Positions 24,959 through 39,900 of a stretch of DNA of 64,000 nucleotides are shown here, piece by piece. The number at the start of each line of letters is the position of its first letter. Position 1 is the stretch's first letter. Position numbers and translations under genes: made by a program. The stretch is from Eledone cirrhosa. Lineage: Eukaryota. The notes below the pieces were generated by a model. It did no database searches. It was given only the letters and a program-made list of their open reading frames with translations, and was not told where the DNA came from. The stretch is taken from NCBI GenBank assembly GCA_964016885.1, contig OZ024743.1, positions 176,948,001 through 177,012,000 on the forward strand, written 5' to 3'.

Positions 24959-27900
24959 TGAGTCTGTCACTTTCTACCACAGCTGAGATATACCACCTAG
25001 ACTGGGGTGTTGAATCTGTCACTCCCTACCACAGCTGAGATATACCACTTAGACTGGGGTGGAGAGTCTGTCACTCTCTACCACAGCTGAGATATACCAC
25101 CTGGACTGGGGTGTAGAGTCTGTAACTCCCTACCACAGCTGAGATATACCACCTAGACTGGGCTGTAGAGTCTGTCACTCCCTACCACAGCTGAGATATA
25201 CCACCTAGATGGGGTGTTGAGTCTGTCACTCCCTACCACAGCTGAGATATACCACCTAGACTGGGGTGTAGAGTCTGTCACTCCCTGCCACAGCTGAGAT
25301 ATACCACCTAGACTGGGGTGTTGAGTCTATCACTTTCTACCACAACTGAGATATACCACCTACACTGGGGTGTAGAGTCTGTCACTCTCTACCACAGCTG
25401 AGATATACCACCTAGACTGGGGTGTTGAGTCTGTCACGTTCTACCACAGCTGAGATATACCACCTAGACTGGGGTGTTGAGTCTGTCACTCCCTACCACA
25501 GCTGAGATATACCACCTAGACTGGGATGTAGAGTCTGTCACTCCCTACCACAACTGAGATATACCTCCTAGACTGGGGTGTTGAGTCTGTCACTCTCTAC
25601 CACAGCTGAGATATACCACCTAGACTGGGGTGTTGAGTCTGTCACTCTCTACCACAGCTGAGATATACCACCTGGACTGGGGTGTAGAGTCTGTCACTCC
25701 CTACCACAGCTGAGATATACCACCTAGACTGGGCTGTAGAGTCTGTCACTCCCTACCACAGCTGAGATATACCACCTAGATGGGGTGTTGAGTCTGTCAC
25801 TCACTACCACAGCTGAGATATACCAACTAGACTGGGGTGTTGAGTCTGTCACTTTCTACCACAGCTGAGATATACCACCTAGACTGGGGTGTAGAGTCTG
25901 TCACTCTCTACCACAGCTGAGATATACCACCTAGACTGGGGTGTTGAGTTTGTCACTCCTTACCACAGCTGAGATATACCACCTAGACTGGGGTGTAGAG
26001 TCTGTCACTCTCTACCACAGCTGAGATATACCACCTAGACTGGGGTGTTGAGTCTGTCACTCCCTACCACAGCTGAGATATACCACCTAAACTGGGGTGT
26101 TGAGTCTGTCACTTTCTACCACAGCTGAGATATACCACCTAGACTGGGGTGTTGAATCTGTCACTCCCTACCACAGCTGAGATATACCATCTAGACTGGG
26201 GTGTTTAGTCTGTCACTCTCTACCACAGCTGAGATATACCACCTAGACTGGGGTGCAGAGTCTGTTACTCTCTACCACAGCTGAGATATACCACCTAGAC
26301 TGGGATGTAGAGTCTGTCACTCCCTACCACAACTGAGATATACCACCTAGACTGGGGTGTTGAGTCTGTCACTCTCTACCACAGCTGAGATATACCACCT
26401 AGACTGGGGTGTTGAGTCTGTCACTCTCTACCTCAGCTGAGATATGCCACCTGGACTGGGGTGTAGAGTCTGTCACTCCCTACCACAGCTGAGATATACC
26501 ACCTAGACTGGGCTGTAGAGTCTGTCACTCCCTACCACAGCTGAGATATACCACCTAGATGGGGTGTTGAGTCTGTCACTCCCTACCACAGCTGAGATAT
26601 ACCACCTAGACTGGGGTGTTGAGTCTGTACCTTTCTACCACAGCTGAGATATACCACCTAGACTGGGGTGTAGAGTCTGTCACTCACTACCACAGCTGAG
26701 ATATACCACCTAGACTGGGGTGTTGAGTCAGTCACTCTCTACCACAGCTGAGATATACCACCTGGACTGGGGTGTAGAGTATGTCACTCCCTACCACAGC
26801 TGAGATATACCACCTAGACTGGGCTGTAGAGTCTGTCACTCCCTACCACAGCTGAGATATACCACCTAGATGGGGTGTTGAGTCTGTCACTCCCTACCAC
26901 AGCTGAGATATACCACCTAGACTGGGGTGTTGAGTCTGTACCTTTCTACCACAGCTGAGATATACCACCTAGACTGGGGTGTAGAGTCTGTCACTCACTA
27001 CCACAGCTGAGATATACCAACTAGACTGGGGTGTTGAGTCTGTCACTTTCTACCACAGCTGAGATATACCACCTAGACTGGGGTGTAGAGTCTGTCACTC
27101 TCTACCACAGCTGAGATATACCACCTAGACTGGGGTGTTGAGTTTGTCACTCCTTACCACAGCTGAGATATACCTCCTAGACTGGGGTGTAGAGTCTGTC
27201 ACTCTCTACCACAGCTGAGATATACCACCTAGACTGGGGTGTTGAGTCTGTCACTCCCTACCACAGCTGAGATATACCACCTAAACTGGGGTGTTGAGTC
27301 TGTCACTTTCTACCACAGCTGAGATATACCACCTAGACTGGGGTGTTGAATCTGTCACTCCCTACCACAGCTGAGATATACCTCCTAGACTGGGGTGTTG
27401 AGTCTGTACCTTTCTACCACAGCTGAGATATACCACCTAGACTGGGGTGTAGAGTCTGTCACTCACTACCACAGCTGAGATATACCAACTAGACTGGGGG
27501 GTTGAGTCTGTCACTTTCTACCAATGCTGAGATATACCACCTAGACTGGGGTGTAGAGTCTGTCACTCTCTACCACAGCTGAGATATACCACCTAGACTG
27601 GGGTGTTGAGTTTGTCACTCCTTACCACAGCTGAGATATACCACCTAGACTGGGGTGTAGAGTCTGTCACTCTCTACCACAGCTGAGATATACCACCTAG
27701 ACTGGGGTGTAGAGTCTGTTACTCTCTACCACAGCTGAGATATACCACCTAGACTGGGGTGTTGAGTCTGTCACTCCCTACCAGAGCTGAGATATACCAC
27801 CTAGACTGGGGTGTTGAGTTTGTCACTCCCTACTTCAGCTGAGATATACCACCTAGACTGGGGTGTTGAGTCTGTCACTCCCTACCACACCTGAGATATA

Positions 27901-30900
27901 CCACCTAGACTGGGGTGTTGAGTCTGTCACTCCCTACCACAGCTGAGATATACCACCTGGACTGGGGTGTTGAGTCTGTCACTCCCTACCACAGCTGAGA
28001 TATACCACCTAGACTGGGGTGTAGAGTCTGTCACTCTCTACCACAGCTGAGATATACCACCTAGATGGGGTGTTGAGTCTGTCACTTACAGCTGAGATAT
28101 ACCACCTTGACTGGGGTGTTGAATCTGTCACTCCCTACCACAGCTGAGATATACCACCTAGACTGGGATGTAGAGTCTGTCACTCCCTACCACAACTGAG
28201 ATATACCACCTAGACTGGGGTGTTGAGTCTGTCACTCTCTACCACAGCTGAGATATACCACCTAGACTGGGGTGTAGAGTCTGTCACTCCCTACCAGTGC
28301 TGAGATATACCACCTAGACTGGGGTGTTGAGTCTGTCACTCTCTACCACAGCTGAGATATACCACCTAGACAGGGGTGTAGAGTCTGTCACTCCCTACCA
28401 CAACTGAGATATACCACTTAGACTGGGGTGTTGAGTCTGTCACTTACAGCTGAGATATACCACCTAGACTGGGGTGTAGAGTCTTTCGCTCCCTACCACA
28501 GATGAGATATACCACCTAGACTGGGGTGTTGAGTCTGTCACTCCCTACCACAGCTGAGATATACCACCTAGACTGGGATGTAGAGTCTGTCACTCCCTAC
28601 CACAACTGAGATATACCACCTAGACTGGGGTGTTGAGTCTGTCACTCTCTACCACAGCTGAGATATACCACCTAGACTGGGGTGTTGAGTCTGTCACTCT
28701 CTACCACAGCTGAGATATACCACCTGGACTGGGGTGTAGAGTCTGTCACTCCCTACCACAGCTGAGATATACCACCTAGACTGGGCTGTAGAGTCTGTCA
28801 CTCCCTACCACAGCTGAGATATACCACCTAGATGGGGTGTTGAGTCTGTCACTCCCTACCACAGCTGAGATATACCACCTAGACTGGGGTGTAGAGTCTG
28901 TCACTCACTACCACAGCTGAGATATACCAACTAGACTGGGGTGTTGAGTCTGTCACTTTCTACCACAGCTGAGATATACCACCTAGACTGGGGTGTAGAG
29001 TCTGTCACTCTCTACCACAGCTGAGATATACCACCTAGACTGGGGTGTTGAGTTTGTCACTCCTTACCACAGCTGAGATATACCACCTAGACTGGGGTGT
29101 AGAGTCTGTCACTCTCTACCACAGCTGAGATATACCACCTAGACTGGGGTGTTGAGTCTGTCACTCCCTACCACAGCTGAGATATACCACCTAAACTGGG
29201 GTGTTGAGTCTGTCACTTTCTACCACAGCTGAGATATACCACCTAGACTGGGGTGTTGAATCTGTCACTCCCTACCAGAGCTGAGATATACCACCTAGAC
29301 TGGGGTGTAGAGTCTGTCACTCTCTACCACAGCTGAGATATACCACCTAGACTGGGGTGTTTAGTCTGTCACTCTCTACCACAGCTGAGATATACCACCT
29401 AGACTGGGGTGTAGAGTCTGTTACTCTCTACCACAGCTGAGATATACCACCTAGACTAGGGTTTTGAGTCTGTCACTCCCTACCAGAGCTGAGATATACC
29501 ACCTAGACTGGGGTGTTGAGTTTGTCACTCCCTACTTCAGCTGAGATATACCACCTAGACTGGGGTGTTGAGTCTGTCACTCCCTACCACACCTGAGATA
29601 TACCACCTAGACTGGGGTGTTGAGTCTGTCACTCCCTACCACAGCTGAGATATACCACCTGGACTGGGGTGTTGAGTCTGTCACTCTCTACCACAGCTGA
29701 GATATACCACCTAGACAGGGGTGTAGAGTCTGTCACTCCCTACCACAACTGAGATATACCACTTAGACTTTGGTGTTGAGTCTGTCACTTACAGCTGAGA
29801 TATACCACCCTGACTGGGGTGTTGAATCTGTCACTCCCTACCACAGCTGAGATATACCACCTAGACTGGGGTGTTGAGTCTGTCACCTACAGCTGAGATA
29901 TACCACCTAGACTGGGGTGTAGAGTCTTTCGCTCCCTACCACAGATGAGATATACCACCTAGACTGGGGTGTTGAGTCTGTCACTCCCTACCACAGCTGA
30001 GATATACCACCTAGACTGGGATGTAGAGTCTGTCACTCCCTACCACAACTGAGATATACCACCTAGACTGGGGTGTTGAGTCTGTCACTCTCTACCACAG
30101 CTGAGATATACCACCTGGACTGGGGTGTAGAGTCTGTCACTCCATACCACAGCTGAGATATACCACCTAGACTGGGCTGTAGAGTCTGTCACTCCCTACC
30201 ACAGCTGAGATATACCACCTAGATGGGGTGTTGAGTCTGTCACTCCCTACCACAGCTGAGATATACCACCTAGACTGGGGTGTAGAGTCTGTCACTCACT
30301 ACCACAGCTGAGATATACCAACTAGACTGGGGTGTTGAGTCTGTCACTTTCTACCACAGCTGAGATATACCACCTAGACTGGGGTGTAGAGTCTGTCACT
30401 CTCTACCACAGCTGAGATATACCACCTAGACTGGGGTGTTGAGTTTGTCACTCCTTACCACAGCTGAGATATACCACCTAGACTGGGGTGTAGAGTCTGT
30501 CACTCTCTACCACAGCTGAGATATACCACCTAGACTGGGGTGTTGAGTCTGTCACTCCCTACCACAGCTGAGATATACCACCTAAACTGGGGTGTTGAGT
30601 CTGTCACTTTCTACCACAGCTGAGATATACCACCTAGACTGGGGTGTTGAATCTGTCACTCCCTACCACAGCTGAGATATACCACTTAGACTGGGGTGGA
30701 GAGTCTGTCACTCTCTACCACAGCTGAGATATACCACCTGGACTGGGGTGTAGAGTCTGTAACTCCCTACCACAGCTGAGATATACCACCTAGACTGGGC
30801 TGTAGAGTCTGTCACTCCCTACCACAGCTGAGATATACCACCTAGATGGGGTGTTGAGTCTGTCACTCCCTACCACAGCTGAGATATACCACCTAGACTG

Positions 30901-33900
30901 GGGTGTAGAGTCTGTCACTCCCTGCCACAGCTGAGATATACCACCTAGACTGGGGTGTTGAGTCTATCACTTTCTACCACAGCTGAGATATACCACCTAC
31001 ACTGAGGTGTAGAGTCTGTCACTCTCTACCACAGCTGAGATATACCACCTAGACTGGGGTGTTGAGTCTGTCACGTTCTACCACAGCTGAGATATACCAC
31101 CTAGACTGGGGTGTTGAGTCTGTCACTCCCTACCACAGCTGAGATATACCACCTAGACTGGGATGTAGAGTCTGTCACTCCCTACCACAACTGAGATATA
31201 CCTCCTAGACTGGGGTGTTGAGTCTGTCACTCTCTACCACAGCTGAGATATACCACCTAGACTGGGGTGTTGAGTCTGTCACTCTCTACCACAGCTGAGA
31301 TATACCACCTGGACTGGGGTGTAGAGTCTGTCACTCCCTACCACAGCTGAGATATACCACCTAGACTGGGCTGTAGAGTCTGTCACTCCCTACCACAGCT
31401 GAGATATACCACCTAGATGGGGTGTTGAGTCTGTCACTCACTACCACAGCTGAGATATACCAACTAGACTGGGGTGTTGAGTCTGTCACTTTCTACCACA
31501 GCTGAGATATACCACCTAGACTGGGGTGTAGAGTCTGTCACTCTCTACCACAGCTGAGATATACCACCTAGACTGGGGTGTTGAGTTTGTCACTCCTTAC
31601 CACAGCTGAGATATACCACCTAGACTGGGGTGTAGAGTCTGTCACTCTCTACCACAGCTGAGATATACCACCTAGACTGGGGTGTTGAGTCTGTCACTCC
31701 CTACCACAGCTGAGATATACCACCTAAACTGGGGTTTTGAGTCTGTCACTTTCTACCACAGCTGAGATATACCACCTAGACTGGGGTGTTGAATCTGTCA
31801 CTCCCTACCACAGCTGAGATATACCACCTAGACTGGGGTGTTTAGTCTGTCACTCTCTACCACAGCTGAGATATACCACCTAGACTGGGGTGGAGAGTCT
31901 GTTACTCTCTACCACAGCTGAGATATACCACCTAGACTGGGATGTAGAGTCTGTCACTCCCTACCACAACTGAGATATACCACCTAGACTGGGGTGTTGA
32001 GTCTGTCACTCTCTACCACAGCTGAGATATACCACCTAGACTGGGGTGTTGAGTCTGTCACTCTCTACCTCAGCTGAGATATGCCACCTGGACTGGGGTG
32101 TAGAGTCTGTCACTCCCTACCACAGCTGAGATATACCACCTAGACTGGGCTGTAAAGTCTGTCACTCCCTACCACAGCTGAGATATACCACCTAGATGGG
32201 GTGTTGAGTCTGTCACTCCCTACCACAGCTGAGATATACCACCTAGACTGGGGTGTTGAGTCTGTACCTTTCTACCACAGCTGAGATATACCACCTAGAC
32301 TGGGGTGTAGAGTCTGTCACTCACTACCACAGCTGAGATATACCACCTAGACTGGGGTGTTGAGTCAGTCACTCTCTACCACAGCTGAGATATACCACCT
32401 GGACTGGGGTGTAGAGTCTGTCACTCCCTACCACAGCTGAGATATACCACCTAGACTGGGCTGTAGAGTCTGTCACTCCCTACCACAGCTGAGATATACC
32501 ACCTAGATGGGGTGTTGAGCCTGTCACTCCCTACCACAGCTGAGATATACCACCTAGACTGGGGTGTTGAGTCTGTACCTTTCTACCACAGCTGAGATAT
32601 ACCACCTAGACTGGGGTGTAGAGTCTGTCACTCACTACCACAGCTGAGATATACCAACTAGACTGGGGTGTTGAGTCTGTCACTTTCTACCACAGCTGAG
32701 ATATACCACCTAGACTGGGGTGTAGAGTCTGTCACTCTCTACCACAGCTGAGATATACCACCTAGACTGGGGTGTTGAGTTTGTCACTCCTTACCACAGC
32801 TGAGATATACCTCCTAGACTGGGGTGTAGAGTCTGTCACTCTCTACCACAGCTGAGATATACCACCTAGACTGGGGTGTTGAGTCTGTCACTCCCTACCA
32901 CAGCTGAGATATACCACCTAAACTGGGGTGTTGAGTCTGTCACTTTCTACCACAGCTGAGATATACCACCTAGACTGGGGTGTTGAATCTGTCACTCCCT
33001 ACCACAGCTGAGATATACCACCTAGACTGGGGTGTAGAGTCTGTCACTCTCTACCACAGCTGAGATATACCACCTAGATGGGGTGTTGAGTCTGTCACTC
33101 CCTACCACAGCTGAGATATACCACCTAGACTGGGGTGTTGAGTCTGTACCTTTCTACCACAGCTGAGATATACCACCTAGACTGGGGTGTAGAGTCTGTC
33201 ACTCACTACCACAGCTGAGATATACCACCTAGACTGGGGTGTTGAGTCAGTCACTCTCTACCACAGCTGAGATATACCACCTGGACTGGGGTGTAGAGTC
33301 TGTCACTCCCTACCACAGCTGAGATATACCACCTAGACTGGGCTGTAGAGTCTGTCACTCCCTACCACAGCTGAGATATACCACCTAGATGGGGTGTTGA
33401 GTCTGCCACTCCCTACCACAGCTGAGATATACCACCTAGACTGGGGTGTTGAGTCTGTACCTTTCTACCACAGCTGAGATATACCACCTAGACTGGGGTG
33501 TAGAGTCTGTCACTCACTACCACAGCTGAGATATACCAACTAGACTGGGGGGTTGAGTCTGTCACTTTCTACCAAAGCTGAGATATACCACCTAGACTGG
33601 GGTGTAGAGTCTGTCACTCTCTACCACAGCTGAGATATACCACCTAGACTGGGGTGTTGAGTTTGTCACTCCTTACCACAGCTGAGATATACCACCTAGA
33701 CTGGGGTGTAGAGTCTGTCACTCTCTACCACAGCTGAGATATACCACCTAGACTGGGGTGTAGAGTCTGTTACTCTCTACCACAGCTGAGATATACCACC
33801 TAGACTGGGGTGTTGAGTCTGTCACTCCCTACCAGAGCTGAGATATACCACCTAGACTGGGGTGTTGAGTTTGTCACTCCCTACTTCAGCTGAGATATAC

Positions 33901-36900
33901 CACCTAGACTGGGGTGTTGAGTCTGTCACTCCCTACCACACCTGAGATATACCACCTAGACTGGGGTGTTGAGTCTGTCACTCCCTACCACAGCTGAGAT
34001 ATACCACCTGGACTGGGGTGTTGAGTCTGTCACTCCCTACCACAGCTGAGATATACCACCTAGACTGGGGTGTAGAGTCTGTCACTCTCTACCACAGCTG
34101 AGATATACCACCTAGATGGGGTGTTGAGTCTGTCACTTACAGCTGAGATATACCACCTTGACTGGGGTGTTGAATCTGTCACTCCCTACCACAGCTGAGA
34201 TATACCACCTAGACTGGGATGTAGAGTCTGTCACTCCCTACCACAACTGAGATATACCACCTAGACTGGGGTGTTGAGTCTGTCACTCTCTACCACAGCT
34301 GAGATATACCACCTAGACTGGGGTGTAGAGTCTGTCACTCCCTACCAGTGCTGAGATATACCACCTAGACTGGGGTGTTGAGTCTGTCACTCCCTACCAC
34401 AGCTGAGATATACCACCTAGACTGGGGTGTTGAGTCTGTCACTCTCTACCACAGCTGAGATATACCACCTAGACAGGGGTGTAGAGTGTGTCACTCCCTA
34501 CCACAACTGAGATATACCACTTAGACTGGGGTGTTGAGTCTGTCACTTACAGCTGAGATATACCACCTAGACTGGGGTGTAGAGTCTTTCGCTCCCTACC
34601 ACAGCTGAGATATACCACCTAGACTGGGGTGTTGAGTCTGTCACTCTCTACCACAGCTGAGATATACCACCTGGACTGGGGTGTAGAGTCTGTCACTCCC
34701 TACCACAGCTGAGATATACCACCTAGACTGGGCTGTAGAGTCTGTCACTCCCTACCACAGCTGAGATATACCACCTAGATGGGGTGTTGAGTCTGTCACT
34801 CCCTACCACAGCTGAGATATACCACCTAGACTGGGGTGTAGAGTCTGTCACTCACTACCACAGCTGAGATATACCAACTAGACTGGGGTGTTGAGTCTGT
34901 CACTTTCTACCACAGCTGAGATATACCACCTAGACTGGGGTGTAGAGTCTGTCACTCTCTACCACAGCTGAGATATACCACCTAGACTGGGGTGTTGAGT
35001 TTGTCACTCCTTACCACAGCTGAGATATACCACCTAGACTGGGGTGTAGAGTCTGTCACTCTCTACCACAGCTGAGATATACCACCTAGACTGGGGTGTT
35101 GAGTCTGTCACTCCCTACCACAGCTGAGATATACCACCTAAACTGGGGTGTTGAGTCTGTCACTTTCTACCACAGCTGAGATATACCACCTAGACTGGGG
35201 TGTTGAATCTGTCACTCCCTACCAGAGCTGAGATATACCACCTAGACTGGGGTGTAGAGTCTGTCACTCTCTACCACAGCTGAGATATACCACCTAGACT
35301 GGGGTGTTTAGTCTGTCACTCTCTACCACAGCTGAGATATACCACCTAGACTGGGGTGTAGAGTCTGTTACTCTCTACCACAGCTGAGATATACCACCTA
35401 GACTAGGGTTTTGAGTCTGTCACTCCCTACCAGAGCTGAGATATACCACCTAGACTGGGGTGTTGAGTTTGTCACTCCCTACTTCAGCTGAGATATACCA
35501 CCTAGACTGGGGTGTTGAGTCTGTCACTCCCTACCACACCTGAGATATACCACCTAGACTGGGGTGTTGAGTCTGTCACTCCCTACCACAGCTGAGATAT
35601 ACCACCTGGACTGGGGTGTTGAGTCTGTCACTCTCTACCACAGCTGAGATATACCACCTAGACAGGGGTGTAGAGTCTGTCACTCCCTACCACAACTGAG
35701 ATATACCACTTAGACTTTGGTGTTGAGTCTGTCACTTACAGCTGAGATATACCACCCTGACTGGGGTGTTGAATCTGTCACTCCCTACCACAGCTGAGAT
35801 ATACCACCTAGACTGGGGTGTTGAGTCTGTCACCTACAGCTGAGATATACCACCTAGACTGGGGTGTAGAGTCTTTCGCTCCCTACCACAGATGAGATAT
35901 ACCACCTAGACTGGGGTGTTGAGTCTGTCACTCCCTACCACAGCTGAGATATACCACCTAGACTGGGATGTAGAGTCTGTCACTCCCTACCACAACTGAG
36001 ATATACCACCTAGACTGGGGTGTTGAGTCTGTCACTCTCTACCACAGCTGAGATATACCACCTGGACTGGGGTGTAGAGTCTGTCACTCCATACCACAGC
36101 TGAGATATACCACCTAGACTGGGCTGTAGAGTCTGTCACTCCCTACCACAGCTGAGATATACCACCTAGATGGGGTGTTGAGTCTGTCACTCCCTACCAC
36201 AGCTGAGATATACCACCTAGACTGGGGTGTAGAGTCTGTCACTCACTACCACAGCTGAGATATACCAACTAGACTGGGGTGTTGAGTCTGTCACTTTCTA
36301 CCACAGCTGAGATATACCACCTAGACTGGGGTGTAGAGTCTGTCACTCTCTACCACAGCTGAGATATACCACCTAGACTGGGGTGTTGAGTTTGTCACTC
36401 CTTACCACAGCTGAGATATACCACCTAGACTGGGGTGTAGAGTCTGTCACTCTCTACCACAGCTGAGATATACCACCTAGACTGGGGTGTTGAGTCTGTC
36501 ACTCCCTACCACAGCTGAGATATACCACCTAAACTGGGGTGTTGAGTCTGTCACTTTCTACCACAGCTGAGATATACCACCTAGACTGGGGTGTTGAATC
36601 TGTCACTCCCTACCACAGCTGAGATATACCACTTAGACTGGGGTGGAGAGTCTGTCACTCTCTACCACAGCTGAGATATACCACCTGGACTGGGGTGTAG
36701 AGTCTGTAACTCCCTACCACAGCTGAGATATACCACCTAGACTGGGCTGTAGAGTCTGTCACTCCCTACCACAGCTGAGATATACCACCTAGATGGGGTG
36801 TTGAGTCTGTCACTCCCTACCACAGCTGAGATATACCACCTAGACTGGGGTGTAGAGTCTGTCACTCCCTGCCACAGCTGAGATATACCACCTAGACTGG

Positions 36901-39900
36901 GGTGTTGAGTCTATCACTTTCTACCACAGCTGAGATATACCACCTACACTGAGGTGTAGAGTCTGTCACTCTCTACCACAGCTGAGATATACCACCTAGA
37001 CTGGGGTGTTGAGTCTGTCACGTTCTACCACAGCTGAGATATACCACCTAGACTGGGGTGTTGAGTCTGTCACTCCCTACCACAGCTGAGATATACCACC
37101 TAGACTGGGATGTAGAGTCTGTCACTCCCTACCACAACTGAGATATACCTCCTAGACTGGGGTGTTGAGTCTGTCACTCTCTACCACAGCTGAGATATAC
37201 CACCTAGACTGGGGTGTTGAGTCTGTCACTCTCTACCACAGCTGAGATATACCACCTGGACTGGGGTGTAGAGTCTGTCACTCCCTACCACAGCTGAGAT
37301 ATACCACCTAGACTGGGCTGTAGAGTCTGTCACTCCCTACCACAGCTGAGATATACCACCTAGATGGGGTGTTGAGTCTGTCACTCACTACCACAGCTGA
37401 GATATACCAACTAGACTGGGGTGTTGAGTCTGTCACTTTCTACCACAGCTGAGATATACCACCTAGACTGGGGTGTAGAGTCTGTCACTCTCTACCACAG
37501 CTGAGATATACCACCTAGACTGGGGTGTTGAGTTTGTCACTCCTTACCACAGCTGAGATATACCACCTAGACTGGGGTGTAGAGTCTGTCACTCTCTACC
37601 ACAGCTGAGATATACCACCTAGACTGGGGTGTTGAGTCTGTCACTCCCTACCACAGCTGAGATATACCACCTAAACTGGGGTTTTGAGTCTGTCACTTTC
37701 TACCACAGCTGAGATATACCACCTAGACTGGGGTGTTGAATCTGTCACTCCCTACCACAGCTGAGATATACCACCTAGACTGGGGTGTTTAGTCTGTCAC
37801 TCTCTACCACAGCTGAGATATACCACCTAGACTGGGGTGGAGAGTCTGTTACTCTCTACCACAGCTGAGATATACCACCTAGACTGGGATGTAGAGTCTG
37901 TCACTCCCTACCACAACTGAGATATACCACCTAGACTGGGGTGTTGAGTCTGTCACTCTCTACCACAGCTGAGATATACCACCTAGACTGGGGTGTTGAG
38001 TCTGTCACTCTCTACCTCAGCTGAGATATGCCACCTGGACTGGGGTGTAGAGTCTGTCACTCCCTACCACAGCTGAGATATACCACCTAGACTGGGCTGT
38101 AAAGTCTGTCACTCCCTACCACAGCTGAGATATACCACCTAGATGGGGTGTTGAGTCTGTCACTCCCTACCACAGCTGAGATATACCACCTAGACTGGGG
38201 TGTTGAGTCTGTACCTTTCTACCACAGCTGAGATATACCACCTAGACTGGGGTGTAGAGTCTGTCACTCACTACCACAGCTGAGATATACCACCTAGACT
38301 GGGGTGTTGAGTCAGTCACTCTCTACCACAGCTGAGATATACCACCTGGACTGGGGTGTAGAGTCTGTCACTCCCTACCACAGCTGAGATATACCACCTA
38401 GACTGGGCTGTAGAGTCTGTCACTCCCTACCACAGCTGAGATATACCACCTAGATGGGGTGTTGAGTCTGTCACTCCCTACCACAGCTGAGATATACCAC
38501 CTAGACTGGGGTGTTGAGTCTGTACCTTTCTACCACAGCTGAGATATACCACCTAGACTGGGGTGTAGAGTCTGTCACTCACTACCACAGCTGAGATATA
38601 CCAACTAGACTGGGGTGTTGAGTCTGTCACTTTCTACCACAGCTGAGATATACCACCTAGACTGGGGTGTAGAGTCTGTCACTCTCTACCACAGCTGAGA
38701 TATACCACCTAGACTGGGGTGTTGAGTTTGTCACTCCTTACCACAGCTGAGATATACCTCCTAGACTGGGGTGTAGAGTCTGTCACTCTCTACCACAGCT
38801 GAGATATACCACCTAGACTGGGGTGTTGAGTCTGTCACTCCCTACCACAGCTGAGATATACCACCTAAACTGGGGTGTTGAGTCTGTCACTTTCTACCAC
38901 AGCTGAGATATACCACCTAGACTGGGGTGTTGAATCTGTCACTCCCTACCACAGCTGAGATATACCACCTAGACTGGGGTGTTGAGTCTGTCACTCCCTA
39001 CCACAGCTGAGATATACCACCTAAACTGGGGTGTTGAGTCTGTCACTCTCTACCTCAGCTGAGATATGCCACCTGGACTGGGGTGTAGAGTCTGTCACTC
39101 CCTACCACAGCTGAGATATACCACCTAGACTGGGCTGTAAAGTCTGTCACTCCCTACCACAGCTGAGATATACCACCTAGATGGGGTGTTGAGTCTGTCA
39201 CTCCCTACCACAGCTGAGATATACCACCTAGACTGGGGTGTTGAGTCTGTACCTTTCTACCACAGCTGAGATATACCACCTAGACTGGGGTGTAGAGTCT
39301 GTCACTCACTACCACAGCTGAGATATACCACCTAGACTGGGGTGTTGAGTCAGTCACTCTCTACCACAGCTGAGATATACCACCTGGACTGGGGTGTAGA
39401 GTCTGTCACTCCCTACCACAGCTGAGATATACCACCTAGACTGGGCTGTAGAGTCTGTCACTCCCTACCACAGCTGAGATATACCACCTAGATGGGGTGT
39501 TGAGTCTGTCACTCCCTACCACAGCTGAGATATACCACCTAGACTGGGGTGTTGAGTCTGTACCTTTCTACCACAGCTGAGATATACCACCTAGACTGGG
39601 GTGTAGAGTCTGTCACTCACTACCACAGCTGAGATATACCAACTAGACTGGGGTGTTGAGTCTGTCACTTTCTACCACAGCTGAGATATACCACCTAGAC
39701 TGGGGTGTAGAGTCTGTCACTCTCTACCACAGCTGAGATATACCACCTAGACTGGGGTGTTGAGTTTGTCACTCCTTACCACAGCTGAGATATACCTCCT
39801 AGACTGGGGTGTAGAGTCTGTCACTCTCTACCACAGCTGAGATATACCACCTAGACTGGGGTGTTGAGTCTGTCACTCCCTACCACAGCTGAGATATACC

